From Takakia lepidozioides (Eukaryota; Plantae; Bryophyta), in contig CM060732.1 of NCBI GenBank assembly GCA_030704615.1, forward strand, positions 19,592,001-19,656,000: a DNA stretch of 64,000 nucleotides, written 5' to 3'. A program made the position numbers and the translations under genes. Below, one piece after another: positions 1 through 11,054 of the stretch (its first letter is position 1; each line of letters begins with the position of its first letter). Under the pieces are notes generated by a model. The model was not told the DNA's origin. It saw only the letters and a program-made list of their open reading frames with translations, and made no database searches.

Positions 1-207
1 CGAGCATGATAGCATAGTACCATGCAACATTCACATAAAATTTGGTGTGCTGACCCTTTCTGTATGTTTTTATATGTACGTTGCGGAAGACCGAGGGGCA
101 GACCCATTGTGAACCGCTGCAGACCTCATCACTCTTATGAAGTCTTCTCGTGCAGAACTGAGCGGAATTTGCATGCTCTGACCATCTTACATTGTGCATT
201 CCAACAG

Positions 208-2225
208 TTCCCATTGTACACGTTGATGGTCTTCGACGAGTGGTTGAACGGTATACCAGTTGCCTATATCCTATCCGCGAGGAATCGGACAAGAGACCTG
301 GTTCCGTGGATGAGAGCCTTGCGCGATTCACTCCTCGCAGATTTGCCGAGCTGGCGACTCAATGCCTTCATTGTGGACGATGCCGAAGCAGAAATCAACG
401 CTATTCGGTAAGTCTGTTGGTCCACAGCACCGGTCCATTGTCGAGGTCCACTGCAGCAGTCCATTGCTACAGTCCACTGGCAGACTCCTGTGGCGAAACC
501 CGATGGCAGTTCGCTGGGCAAATCCACTGGTAGTCCGCTGTCAAGTCCGCTCATCAGTCCCCTGGCAAGTCCACTGGCAGTCCCCGGCAAGTCCGCTCGG
601 CAGTCCGCTGCCAAGTCCGCTGCCAAGTCCACTCAACAGTCCCTGGGCCGTCCGCTGCCAAGTCCACTCGGCAGTCCCTGGCAAGTCCGCTCGGCAGTCC
701 GCTGTGGCAGTCCCCAGATGCAGTCCGCTGCCCCAGTCCTAGCTAGGGGAAGTCCAATGGGGAAGTCCACTGGGTAGTCCAATGGGGTTATTCCAGCACA
801 TCAACGTCATGGCATTGTACTGTCCACTGGGCGAGTCCACTGGCTCTGCTCGCTGATACAGGTCGTTGTTACAGTCCACTCCGGCAGTCCACCATTGCAG
901 TCCGATCCTAAGACTCTAATGTGTACCATGTATGTTGTGCAGAATTGTTTTTGAAGGAGTACTCATTTTCCTCTGCCTTTTTGAAGGCAGTACTCATTTC
1001 CTCTGCCTTTGGCATGTCCGCAATGGCATGGGTGAAGCAATCATGCAAGAAAACGAAGGATCCAGTGACTCTGTAAACTTGTTGAAGGATATGGGAGACC
1101 TCATGTACTGTAGAGGGGGACCACGCAACGAGAAAAGAGCGTTTCGGTGGGTGGCAAGGAGAATCCGTCGTATGAGGTCAAAATACCCGAAAGGACATGA
1201 ATTTCTTGACTATATCGAACAGTACTGGAAGCCCAAAATAGCAATGTGGTGTACAGCACCGCAATGTCCCTCATGCGAGCCAAGATACAAATGCAAGCAT
1301 TGAGGCATACCATGGAAATATGAAGGCAAGACTTGCCATGAGGAAAGGCAAGATGAGTGGTCGTAGAGTGGACTGGCTTATATGGGAACTCACTGGCCGT
1401 GTGCTAACACACTACTGGTATGCAATCCATTTGAAGACCCACGGGTTCATAAGAAATGACAAACACAAAAAGTACATATCCAGTTCTATACTTGCGGCAC
1501 GAGACATTCCTGCTGAGAGTGTTACTCTTCCCTTGGGTCCTGGTGAACCAGCCTACGTTCTCAGCAGCAACCACCCCGGCACAACATACATTGTTTACAA
1601 TCCTGATTGCGATTGGGGTTGTTGCACGTGCCCATGGGCAATGAAGGGAAACTTATGCAAGCGTCAGGTCCGTGTCCTGAAGATGCCTCACCCTGACCTA
1701 CAGGATGGCCTCCTTGTGCGCGCTTGTGGCACGACGCTGGGAACCATTCATGGAGGATTACCTAACTTGCTCTTGGGCAATGGTGCCGGCGGCAACGACG
1801 AATCCAATCAGTTCATGGAAAGACATCCTCCTGATGACTTCCCCTACGACGAGGCACCTCTGGAGGTCTCAGCCTCAATGGAACAAGAATTCGCGGACAT
1901 ACTTCGCATTGTAGGTGATGACAAATACCTGGAGGCACATGCCCGATCTGCTCTTCATATGTGCAGAGGGCAGCTCGTTGATATCCTGGCGAAAAGTGTG
2001 GCTGGAATGTTGCACCCTGTGGCAGCGAAGGCTTTCCGTCCTCTGAACGACAACAACAACATGTCTCTGAAAAGGAGACGAGATTTCGTGGAGGCCTGGA
2101 AAACCCGGCCTAGGGTTTTGCGGAGAACCAGCAAGAGGGTGTCTGCACCTGCACCTGCAGCACATATATACTCGAAAATTCGCAAGGTTTCAGGTCGTGT
2201 AGATGTCATGAAGAAGACAATATAA
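208..2225 (+). pseudogene. Mutator-like (MULE) DDE transposase with C-terminal SWIM zinc finger, frameshifted; the gene starts upstream of the window
   Basis: Exon 208-407 encodes FPLYTLMVFDEWLNGIPVAYIL...FIVDDAEAEINAIR (MULE core). Intron 408-941 runs GTAAG...TGCAG. Downstream are LCLWHVR (CxxH), YWKPKIAMW, frameshifted DTNASIEAYHGNMK and SWIM CTCPWAMKGNLCKR. There are several indels and a local duplication near 945-1010. Confidence 0.9.
408..941 (+). repeat. Intron of degenerate CAGTCC(A/G)CT short tandem motifs
   Basis: Dozens of CAGTCC/AAGTCC motifs lie between the donor at 408 and the acceptor at 941. Confidence 0.8.
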
Positions 2226-2372
2226 GTCTGCAATGCCTCGAAAAGAGACAAGGTTTCACGTCGTGTAGGTGTCACGGAGAAGACAATATAAGTCTGCAAT
2301 TCCTCGAAAAGAGACAAGGTTTTCACGTCGTGTAGGTGTCACAAAGAAGACAATATAAGTCTGCAATTCCTC
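2184..2372 (+). repeat. About 3 tandem copies of a 66-67 bp unit overlapping the transposase stop
   Basis: AAGGTTTCAxGTCGTGTAG...GAAGACAATATAAGTCTGCAAT starts at 2184, 2250 and 2317. Confidence 0.9.
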
Positions 2373-4372
2373 TGGTAGCATTGTCCCTTTCTGAAATACA
2401 AGTCTGCAATGGACTAATGCACAGTCTCCCAACGGACTCCTCCAGTCTCCCAACTGACTCCCACACAGTCTCTCAAGCATAGTCTCCCAACGGACTCACG
2501 CAGTCTCCCAACAGAGTCACAGTCAACAGATTGCGAGCGCCAGTAAGCCAGTCTGCTGGTCAGTCTGCTGCCCACTCCAAAAGTCTGCTCACCACACTTC
2601 CACCTCATCCCTGCAACTCTTCCAGCAGACTGCTGGACAGACTAAGTCTCAAGCAGACTCAAAATGGACAGGCTCCAGTGGACTACCTCCCTAACAACTC
2701 ATGCCAATCCAGCGTCCTAGCGGACTCATGGACATGTGCCTACCAGACTAGGTACCAGACCCACCAGTCCTAGCCTCGGCAGCGTACTGCTCGCACATTC
2801 AAGCTCAGCAGACTCGGGTGCATAGTGCATGAAAAAATTGACACCATTGTGTCCATTGAGTTTAGTACAACATTACAAAACATGCCAGCACCCACAGTAC
2901 ACAAAAGTGCTCATCACCACTGGAATAGTAAGCGAAAAGACTCGCAATTTTTATTTCGATACATAGACTTCACAGGACAAGTCCATCATACTCATGAGAG
3001 CAGTTTCTCTACATTGTCCAACCCCCGCACGATATACTGGGCACACTGTATTCGCTGCCCAAGTGTAAACTTGAAAGTAAATCAGTCCTTCGTGAAAGGT
3101 GTTCCTCTCTCTGGCTTTGCAGTCTTGGACATTTGCTCTGACTTTTACCCACTCATAAAACACTTGAATGAATGACATGACGTAAAAACCACACTCCCAG
3201 CTGAATGGTTCTGGGCAACATCAGGCGCGTGGAACTGAAATGCTTGGACAATCTCATGCCAATCTGGTGAGTCCATTGAGTACCCTAAGCACTCAGCATG
3301 AAGCTTCCGAATCCACCCTAGAACAAAGGGACATTTATGCGAGTCCCTGATAGAGTTCAGGTGAGTGTAACAGCCCTTGCGGAGGTCGATGATACAAATA
3401 CTCTAGTGCCCCCTGCAATGGTATCAAACAACATGGCGTCATTGCACAATCATGATGGGCAGACTCAGCAGACTGACACTCAGCAGACCGACCACTCAGC
3501 AGACTCAGCACTCAGCAGACTCAATCTTCAAACCCAGTCCATTGCACAAATACAGAGGTCAACTTAATCGCTCAGAGTCAAGATGACACTGCGAAACCAG
3601 ACTATGACTCAGGAGACAGTCTCAGCAGACTCGGAAGAGTTCTTACTCGTCCCCAATTGGCACCAAAATGAAATCGCACTCTTTCAAGTCTTTGCCCAGT
3701 CGTTCAGTGCTGAGGCAACCTTTCAAGACCTCAAGAAGGCTTTCATGTTGCCCCACCCCCAATGACTTCAACACCGTCCACGTCGACGTTGGAAGAACAG
3801 CAATAGTGTTGGTGAACGCAGCCTCAACCAACTTCTCATAGAATCGACACCACAGCTCCAGGAGTCTATCTGTGCACTCCGACTCAACCTTCTGGAACGC
3901 CTTTATGTCATCCGGCGACAGTCCGCATTCAAACCGTGGGTCCCCTTCAAAAAATATCAGCATGGAATTACCCGCCTTCACGTGCCAGCGTAGCTACGGC
4001 GTGAGCCCAGCCCCGTGAGCCTGGGAGCTGAGCTCACGTTGAAGCTGCAAAGCGTGAGCGGCACAAATCTGTTGGAGAAGCAGGTCCTATAGGCGAGGAT
4101 TGCAGGAAGAGGGCCTATTACCGTGGACAAAACAAAGGGGGCCACCATGCACCGTGTCTGCAATGCCTGCACAAAAAGAGGAATATGAAAACATGGCAGA
4201 TTTGAGCTCAGAATGATTGACACACTTTATTTCAATTCACAGATAGACGCTTACAATGAATGGCATGTGCATTTGCCCTGGTTCCGTGAACGAAATGTGT
4301 TTGTCATAAATGCAAAGTCTTCACACGGTAACCTGGAAACCAGCATGGGAAGCGGGCATGGCTCGTATGTGT

Positions 4373-4735
4373 TCAAAGAGAATTTGGCGGAGCCCCACGT
4401 GAGGTGTCCCGCTGCAAAAGGGTGATGACTTCTCCGTAGCCTAGTGTGGCTTGGTGAATGAATTGGTCTCTCTTACCGTCGCAACACATAATTACAAGGT
4501 ATATGTAATATTGATGCTTGCAGGGGACCCACTTCCTTCTCATGCCGAGAGCGCCCTCACGCATCGTTACAAAATCCGGACAAGTGCATTTAGGGAAATT
4601 CCCCACGGTAACCTGATATTCTTTGCCATGAAGAATTGAGCCAATAGACAGCACTGTGTAAATCCGTCCATACCCCGGGGCAGGGACTTCGGTGATACGA
4701 GTCACCCGAGCCTGCAAAATTCTAGCCGATTCCAT
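4373..4735 (-). pseudogene. SWIM zinc-finger region of a MULE-type transposase remnant
   Basis: YQVTVGNFPKCTCPDF...WVPCKHQYYI is a CxC...CxH SWIM motif. Confidence 0.8.
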
Positions 4736-4749
4736 CTTGCATTCGTGAT

Positions 4750-5568
4750 CTACACCCGATTCGTGATCAGCCGATTAACGCTGTTTCTCAGCCGAGGGCA
4801 AGAAATATTCACGCACTTGCAATGCCCAACGCAAACCGACCTTCGAAATTTTAATGTTTGATGTTTTGTCCTGCACCAAGGGTGTCCGTCATGTATCTTG
4901 TCCATGCCCTGCAGAAGCCCAGTCAGTCCACTGGAAGATGTGGGAGGGTTGAGCTCAAACAAGATGTCCCCATCAAACTTTGTTGGCACGTATTGAACCC
5001 GCTGCACACGAAGGGACTCCCAATCAACAAAACGCAGCTCGCTCTTGCACCCAGGCACCCCTGCCAGGGCTTTCAATTTCGGAATGACACTCGTTATCTC
5101 CTGCAATTCGTCATCATCCAAGATGGGAGTCTGCACTGGCGGAGGAATCTCAGAAACATCCTCCGAGGATAAGTCTGAAAGAGTCACGAATGTAGTGGAT
5201 GTGCTCACCTCTTGTTTCACATGAACTGTGCCCTTCTGCTGCACGACTGATGCTGCAGTGCCAGGGGTATCTACTGATCCTGTTGATTGTCTTCTCTCTT
5301 TTCCAAGGACACGGTATGTGCTTGGAAGGACGCTCCACTTCCTTCCACACTCGCCAACCAATGGTTTCTCCAAGTGCCCATAATCCAAATTCCCATCCTC
5401 GTCATACACCTCTTTTTGAACAAACAAAGAACCCAATTCCAGCGAGAACACTGTAACCAGCTCATCCTCATGAACAACTGCAAACCCATTGTCATCTGTA
5501 GTGGTAGTCAGTGGAAGACTACCTGCATTGGAATGAAATCGAGCGAGTCTATCTCGCTCCTTCGACAT
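4750..5568 (-). pseudogene. N-terminal part of the same transposase with a Cys-rich GCM/WRKY-like DNA-binding motif; catalytic core missing
   Basis: GMDKIHDGHPW...FRRSVCVGHCKCVNISCP directly abuts the SWIM ORF, with no DDE region between them. Confidence 0.55.
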
Positions 5569-6479
5569 GTTTTCCTCCACTGACCGAAAGTTGCGATTCA
5601 CAACGGAATCCCCGAACTGATAGCCCGTAATTCTCGAAAGGGGATCCACCACAAACAAACTGATGTCAATAAGGTTAGCAGTAACCCAAAGACTGCGGGC
5701 GATACCTGCAAAGGATGTAGGAATGACATGCACCGAACTTCGCAAACAACCACACTAAGAGACACCAACCAGAAAAACTGTTTAGGGTGACAAGAAGCCA
5801 CAAGAAGCCGTGCTGTATTTGGATGAAAAACAAACCCTGAATATGACATGAAACCATCCATTATGGAAAGACGACAACAACCCTGGAGAGCAGTAAACAG
5901 GAAGACCCCGAATGTAATGAGGTTGTGCTGTGCCAAAAGAGCACAGCACAAACACTGACACTCCGGGAGACACCTCGCACGAATGTGTGCAACACATGAC
6001 CATTGCCGACACAACCCTTTATACCGAATGACCCCATTGCGACGGTGACGGCAAAATGCAAACCAAAGAGTAGGCAGTAGAACACACGTGGATGCATATG
6101 TGAAGCATAACAATTATTACGAATCTGCAAGTACTGCACGAAATTGAACTAGCATTAGATTTATACGACACTTCCGAATTTGAAAGAATGCAAGAAGGCT
6201 GCCATATATTGGCAGGCGGCGAAGTACATCTGACATATATCACAAGTACATGTAACGGATGTACATTTTTTCTAGCACTCTATTTCTTGGACAATACAAA
6301 GACGCCGAAATGGATGAATTCCGTTCGCCCACAATGATAACACCCGCATCCAAATACGGTTAACAATGTCCAATTTTTTATTTTGGTTACATGCCATAGC
6401 AACCCTTGTTGCAAACGTCAAACTGGAGAGCTCTAGAGGTAGCGTGGGGAGCCCTTGTTTCCAGCGGAGGAGGAAGAGA

Positions 6480-8058
6480 ATGAAGTCATTATACTTCACG
6501 AGCACCAGGAACAGGAATAGAGCCAGATATAGAATGAGGATGGAAAGAGTAGATGAAGAGGAAAAGAAGGAAGAAGAGGGCAAAGAGGAAAGTCTGGCGA
6601 TGGAAGAGCAGGAATCTAGAGAAGAACAGCAGCCAGCCATACTTCCAAGAACAGGTGAGGAGGAGACTGCATCCGAGGGAGAGACAGACGCCGAAGATGA
6701 TGTTGATGCTGGCCTCACAAAGAACCAGGTAGTGGAAAAGAGGATGGGGGAGATGCTCCAGAACATGCTCGGCGTAGAAAGCAGTCCAAAGCGCAAAGGG
6801 TCCCCGGCGATTGGGGAGTCTCCTAGAGCAGCACAAAAAAAGGTACAATGTTTGAGACCCACTTTTGTGCTTCATTGCTGATGTGAACCCCAGTTGTGCT
6901 TGTATTTTGGTATGAAAATAGCCTACACACGGCATCTCTGGCATATTGAATCCACCCCGAACTGGAAGCTGAAACATTGTGCGGCAACGCACACTGTTTG
7001 AGCCCCCCATTTTGCTTGTTTTTTGATGTGCAAAACGGCCATATAGGGCCACTATGGTAGGCTCAATCCACTCCCAATTGGAAGCTCAAACAGTGTGCGG
7101 CAACGCACATTGTTTGAGCCCCCCTTATGCCTTGTTTTTTGGTTTGGAAATTGTGCACACAGGGCCTCTCTGTCCGATTCAATCCACCCCTATTATGAAG
7201 CTCAAACAGTGTTTGAGCCCACCTTGTCATTATTTTTTTCATTTGGAAATCGGCCTCATAAGGCATCTCTTTGAGCTTCAATGCACACTTACCTGGCAGC
7301 TCCAGCAGTGTGCGTCAACGCACACTGTTTGAGCACACCTTGTCATTGTTTTTTTCATTTGGAAATCGGCCTCATAGGGCATCTCTTTGTTGTTCAATGC
7401 ACACTTACTTGGCACTTCTAGCAGTGTGCGTCAACGCACACTGTCTGAGCCCACCTTGTCATTGTTTTTTTTCATGTGAAAATTGGCCACATAGAACATG
7501 TATTTGAGGTTCAATGCAGACTTACCTGGCAGCTCAAACAGTGTGCGTCAACGCACACTGTTTGAGCCCAACTTGTCATTGTTTTTTTCATGTGAAAATC
7601 GGCCACATAGGGCATGTATTTGAGGTTCAATGCAGACTTACCTGGCAGCTCAAACAGTGTGCGTCAACGCACACTGTTCCAGCCCATCATGTTTTTTTTG
7701 TTTTTTTTTTTGTTTTTTTTTTTGTTTTTTTTTCCGAAAATCCGCCACATAGGGCATCTCTTTGAGCTCCAATGCACACTTACGTGGCAGCTCCAGTAGT
7801 GTGCGTCAACGCACACTGTTTGAGCCCAACTTGTCATTGTTTTTATCATGTGAAAATCGGCCACATAGGGCATGTATTTGAGGTTCAATGCAGACTTACG
7901 TGGCAGCTCAAACAGTGTGCGTCAACGCACACTGTTTGAGCCCAACTTGTCATTATTTTTTTCATCTGAAAATCGGCCACATAGGGCATGTATTTGAGGT
8001 TCAATGCAGACTTACCTGGCAGCTCAGACAGTGTGCGTCAACGCACAATGTTCATCAT

Positions 8059-8091
<33 letters not shown>

Positions 8092-8529
8092 AAAATCGGC
8101 CACATAGGGCATCTCTTTGAGCTTCAATGCACACTTACGTGGCAGCTCCAGCAGTGTGCGTCAACGCACACTGTTTGAGCCCACCATGTCATTGTTTTTT
8201 TTATCTGAAAACCGGCCACATATGGCATGTATTTGAGGTTCAATGCAGACTTATGTGGCAGCTCAAATAATGTGCGTCAACGCACACTGTTTGAGCCCAA
8301 CTTGTCATTGTTTTTATCATGTGAAAATCGGCCACATAGGGCATGTATTTGAGGTTCAATGCAGACTTACGTGGCAGCTCAAACAGTGTGCGTCAACGCA
8401 CACTGTTTGAGCCCAACTTGTCATTATTTTTTTCATCTGAAAATCGGCCACATAGGGCATGTATTTGAGGTTCAATGCAGACTTACCTGGCAGCTCAGAC
8501 AGTGTGCGTCAACGCACAATGTTCATCAT

Positions 8530-8564
<35 letters not shown>

Positions 8565-11054
8565 AAAATCGGCCACATAGGGCATCTCTTTGAGCTTCAA
8601 TGCACACTTACGTGGCAGCTCCAGCAGTGTGCGTCAACGCACACTGTTTGAGCCCACCATGTCATTGTTTTTTTTATCTGAAAACCGGCCACATATGGCA
8701 TGTATTTGAGGTTCAATGCAGACTTATGTGGCAGCTCAAATAATGTGCGTCAACGCACACTGTTTGAGCCCAACTTGTCATTGTTTTTATCATGTGAAAA
8801 TCGGCCACATAGGGCATGTATTTGAGGTTCAATGCAGACTTACGTGGCAGCTCAAACAGTGTGCGTCAACGCACACTGTTCCAGCCCACCATGTCATTGT
8901 TTTTTATATCTGAAAATGGACCAGATAGGGCATGTCTTTGCGCTTCAATGCACACTTACCTGGCAGCTGGCATTTTAGAATCGACCACAAAGGTCATCTC
9001 TGTCAGGTTCAATTCACACTTGCCTGGCAGCCCAAACTGTGTGCGTCAACGCACATGGTTTGAGCCCCGTGATTTGCTTGTTTATGGATATGGAAATTGT
9101 GCACTTACGGCCAGTCTGGCAGGTTGATTCGACTCCAAAATGGAAGCTCAAACAGTGTGCACCGACGCACACTGTTTGAGCCCCCTTCACAGTCTTTTCT
9201 TTTATTTCAAATTGGCCACTCATGGCCACTATGTCATATTAAAATCACATCTTATTGCAAGCTCAAACAGTGTGCGGCAACGCACACTGTTTGAGCTTCC
9301 TTATGTGATTGCTTTTGATATGAAAATCGGTCTCCTGGGGCCACTCTGGGAGGTTGAATCCAACCCTTATTAGAAGCTCAAACAGTGTGCGGCAACGCTC
9401 ACTGTTTGAGCTTCCTTATGTGATTGCTTTTGATGTGAAAATCGGTCTCCTGGGGCCACTCTGGCAGGTTGAATCCAACCCTTATTGGAAGCTCAAACAG
9501 TGTGCGGCAACGCACACTGTTTTGAGCCCCCTGTCTGCTTGTTTTTCTATGTGAAATTGGGCCTAACAGGGCTAGTATGCATGCTCAAAACTCCCATAGT
9601 TGGAAGCACGAAGAGTGTGCGGCAACGCACACTGTTTGTGCCCCCTTGTGGCCCCCACTCTGCCTGTTTTTTGGTGGAAATGTGCCACATGGGGCCAAAT
9701 ATCATGTTCAAAACACCTGAATTTGGAAGCTGAAACATTGTGCGGCAACGCACAGTGTTTTCGGCCCCCACAATGCTTGTTTTCTGATGAGAAATTGGGC
9801 CACATAGGGCCTGTTTGCTATGCTCAAAACACCATCGTTTCATGCCTCTATCTTATATCAAATTGAATGAACAACCCTGCAGGAGAAGATGCAAAGTGTG
9901 GTGGATGAGATCCCTTTGGGGCAGGGGAAGGAGATCATTGTTGATGTGGACGATGAGTTCTATGAAAGCAAAGCCGCTGAGATGCTGGGGGGTCAGAAGG
10001 TAAACTCTCAGCTTGTGGTGCAAAGTATGTTTGCCCCGTGTGGGAGGTTGAAGATTCCCCTGTGTAGGTTGGTTTCCATGCCTGTCGTTCGTCCACCCCT
10101 CGTCAAGGACATCCTGAAGCTGGAGGCCGAGTTTGTTCATGGGTATTTGGATGGATCCGCAGTCTTTTACGTTTCTACAAGGGATTCCAGAGGCAATGAG
10201 CCAGTTCTGGATGTCCCTCCATCGGGTGCTTGTCCGGGTTGGAATGCTTTTGATGAGTGCTTCTGGAGGTGGGTTTCCTCTGCAATGCAGGTGTTTTGGT
10301 GCTCATTCAGTCCATCAACCTTCGTTGACGCCGTGCACTTGCCAACTATTTGAAAGCATCTAGTATGAGGGTCGTGAAGACATGGAATTGTGTGAACAGC
10401 ATGTACCTGACGAAGGGGGATCGTCCGGGAGAGATGGTAAATTTGCCTTCTTGTTCCTCTTCTTGCTGGTTCTCGGATGGAGTTGTATAGGTCGCTCAAA
10501 CTCATATGTTGGAGCCTGGTTTTGGAGCTTCTTAGTTCCTCGTGCATGTCATGTTCGCAGACTCGTTTGTTTGAAACTGTTTGTCTCGTCCGAGTGCATC
10601 CACCTACGACTCCAGCCATCATTCCGGAGTTCGCCATCACTCATGGGGGCAAGTTCATAGACGAGAGGACAGATCCTCCCACGGATGACATGCACCACAA
10701 CTACGTCGATAGCAACGTGTGCTTGCAAAGGGGGAATGGGGTTCCTTGTGGAGAATTGCTCGCACAAAGCCGTCGTTTCGAGGCAGGTGTTCCGCAATTC
10801 GAGTGGATACACGGCAACGTTGTTTAGAGATGATAAGGAGGAATCCAGATGGTGCTGTCCCTGCTCCTACTTTTACAGGAAGATTTGTCCATGCAAAGTT
10901 TGCGGAGGCGACAACCACCCAGTTCTGGTTCTGCAGGCACGACATTATGACTTGCGTGTATGGAAAGCCCAAGTACGGCATACAAACAATGCCAGAGGCT
11001 CCCCCGGTGTGGCCGGTGGAACTTGGTGAATCCATCGAGGTGAAGTCCACGTGA
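6480..11054 (+). pseudogene. Spliced gene: acidic exon, 3-kb repeat intron, ParB/sulfiredoxin-like exon, then fragmented downstream domains including a Cys/Trp-rich domain at 10719-11054
   Basis: Phase-0 donor AAG|GTACAA (6843) and acceptor CCTGCAG|GAG (9882) join ...AAQKK|EKMQSVV...IPLCRLVSMPVVRPPLVKDILKLEAEFVHGYLDGSAVFYVS. The ParB-like call is recalled similarity, and no DGxHR motif is retained. Confidence 0.55.
6900..9790. repeat. Tandem array of about 24 units of about 116 bp, each centred on the palindrome GCTCAAACAGTGTGCG-(G/T)CAA-CGCACACTGTTTGAGC
   Basis: Hairpins near 6980, 7096, 7311, 7427, 7544, 7660, 7802, 7918, 8034, 8157, 8273, 8389, 8505, 8630, 8746, 8862, 9041, 9158, 9273, 9388, 9503, 9618 and 9741, plus a collapsed unit near 7201. 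Confidence 0.95.

Noticed and set aside
264-777. Ser/Pro/Ala-rich ORFs
   Set aside because: They are artefacts of CAGTCC repeats in the transposase intron.
6900-9790. CRISPR array (36-bp palindromic repeat)
   Set aside because: The intervening sequences are homologous to each other and about 80 bp long, the context is a plant intron, and there are no cas genes.
7054-9866. Many short ORFs (e.g. MQTYVAAQTVCVNAHCLSP...)
   Set aside because: They are translations of the tandem array inside an intron.
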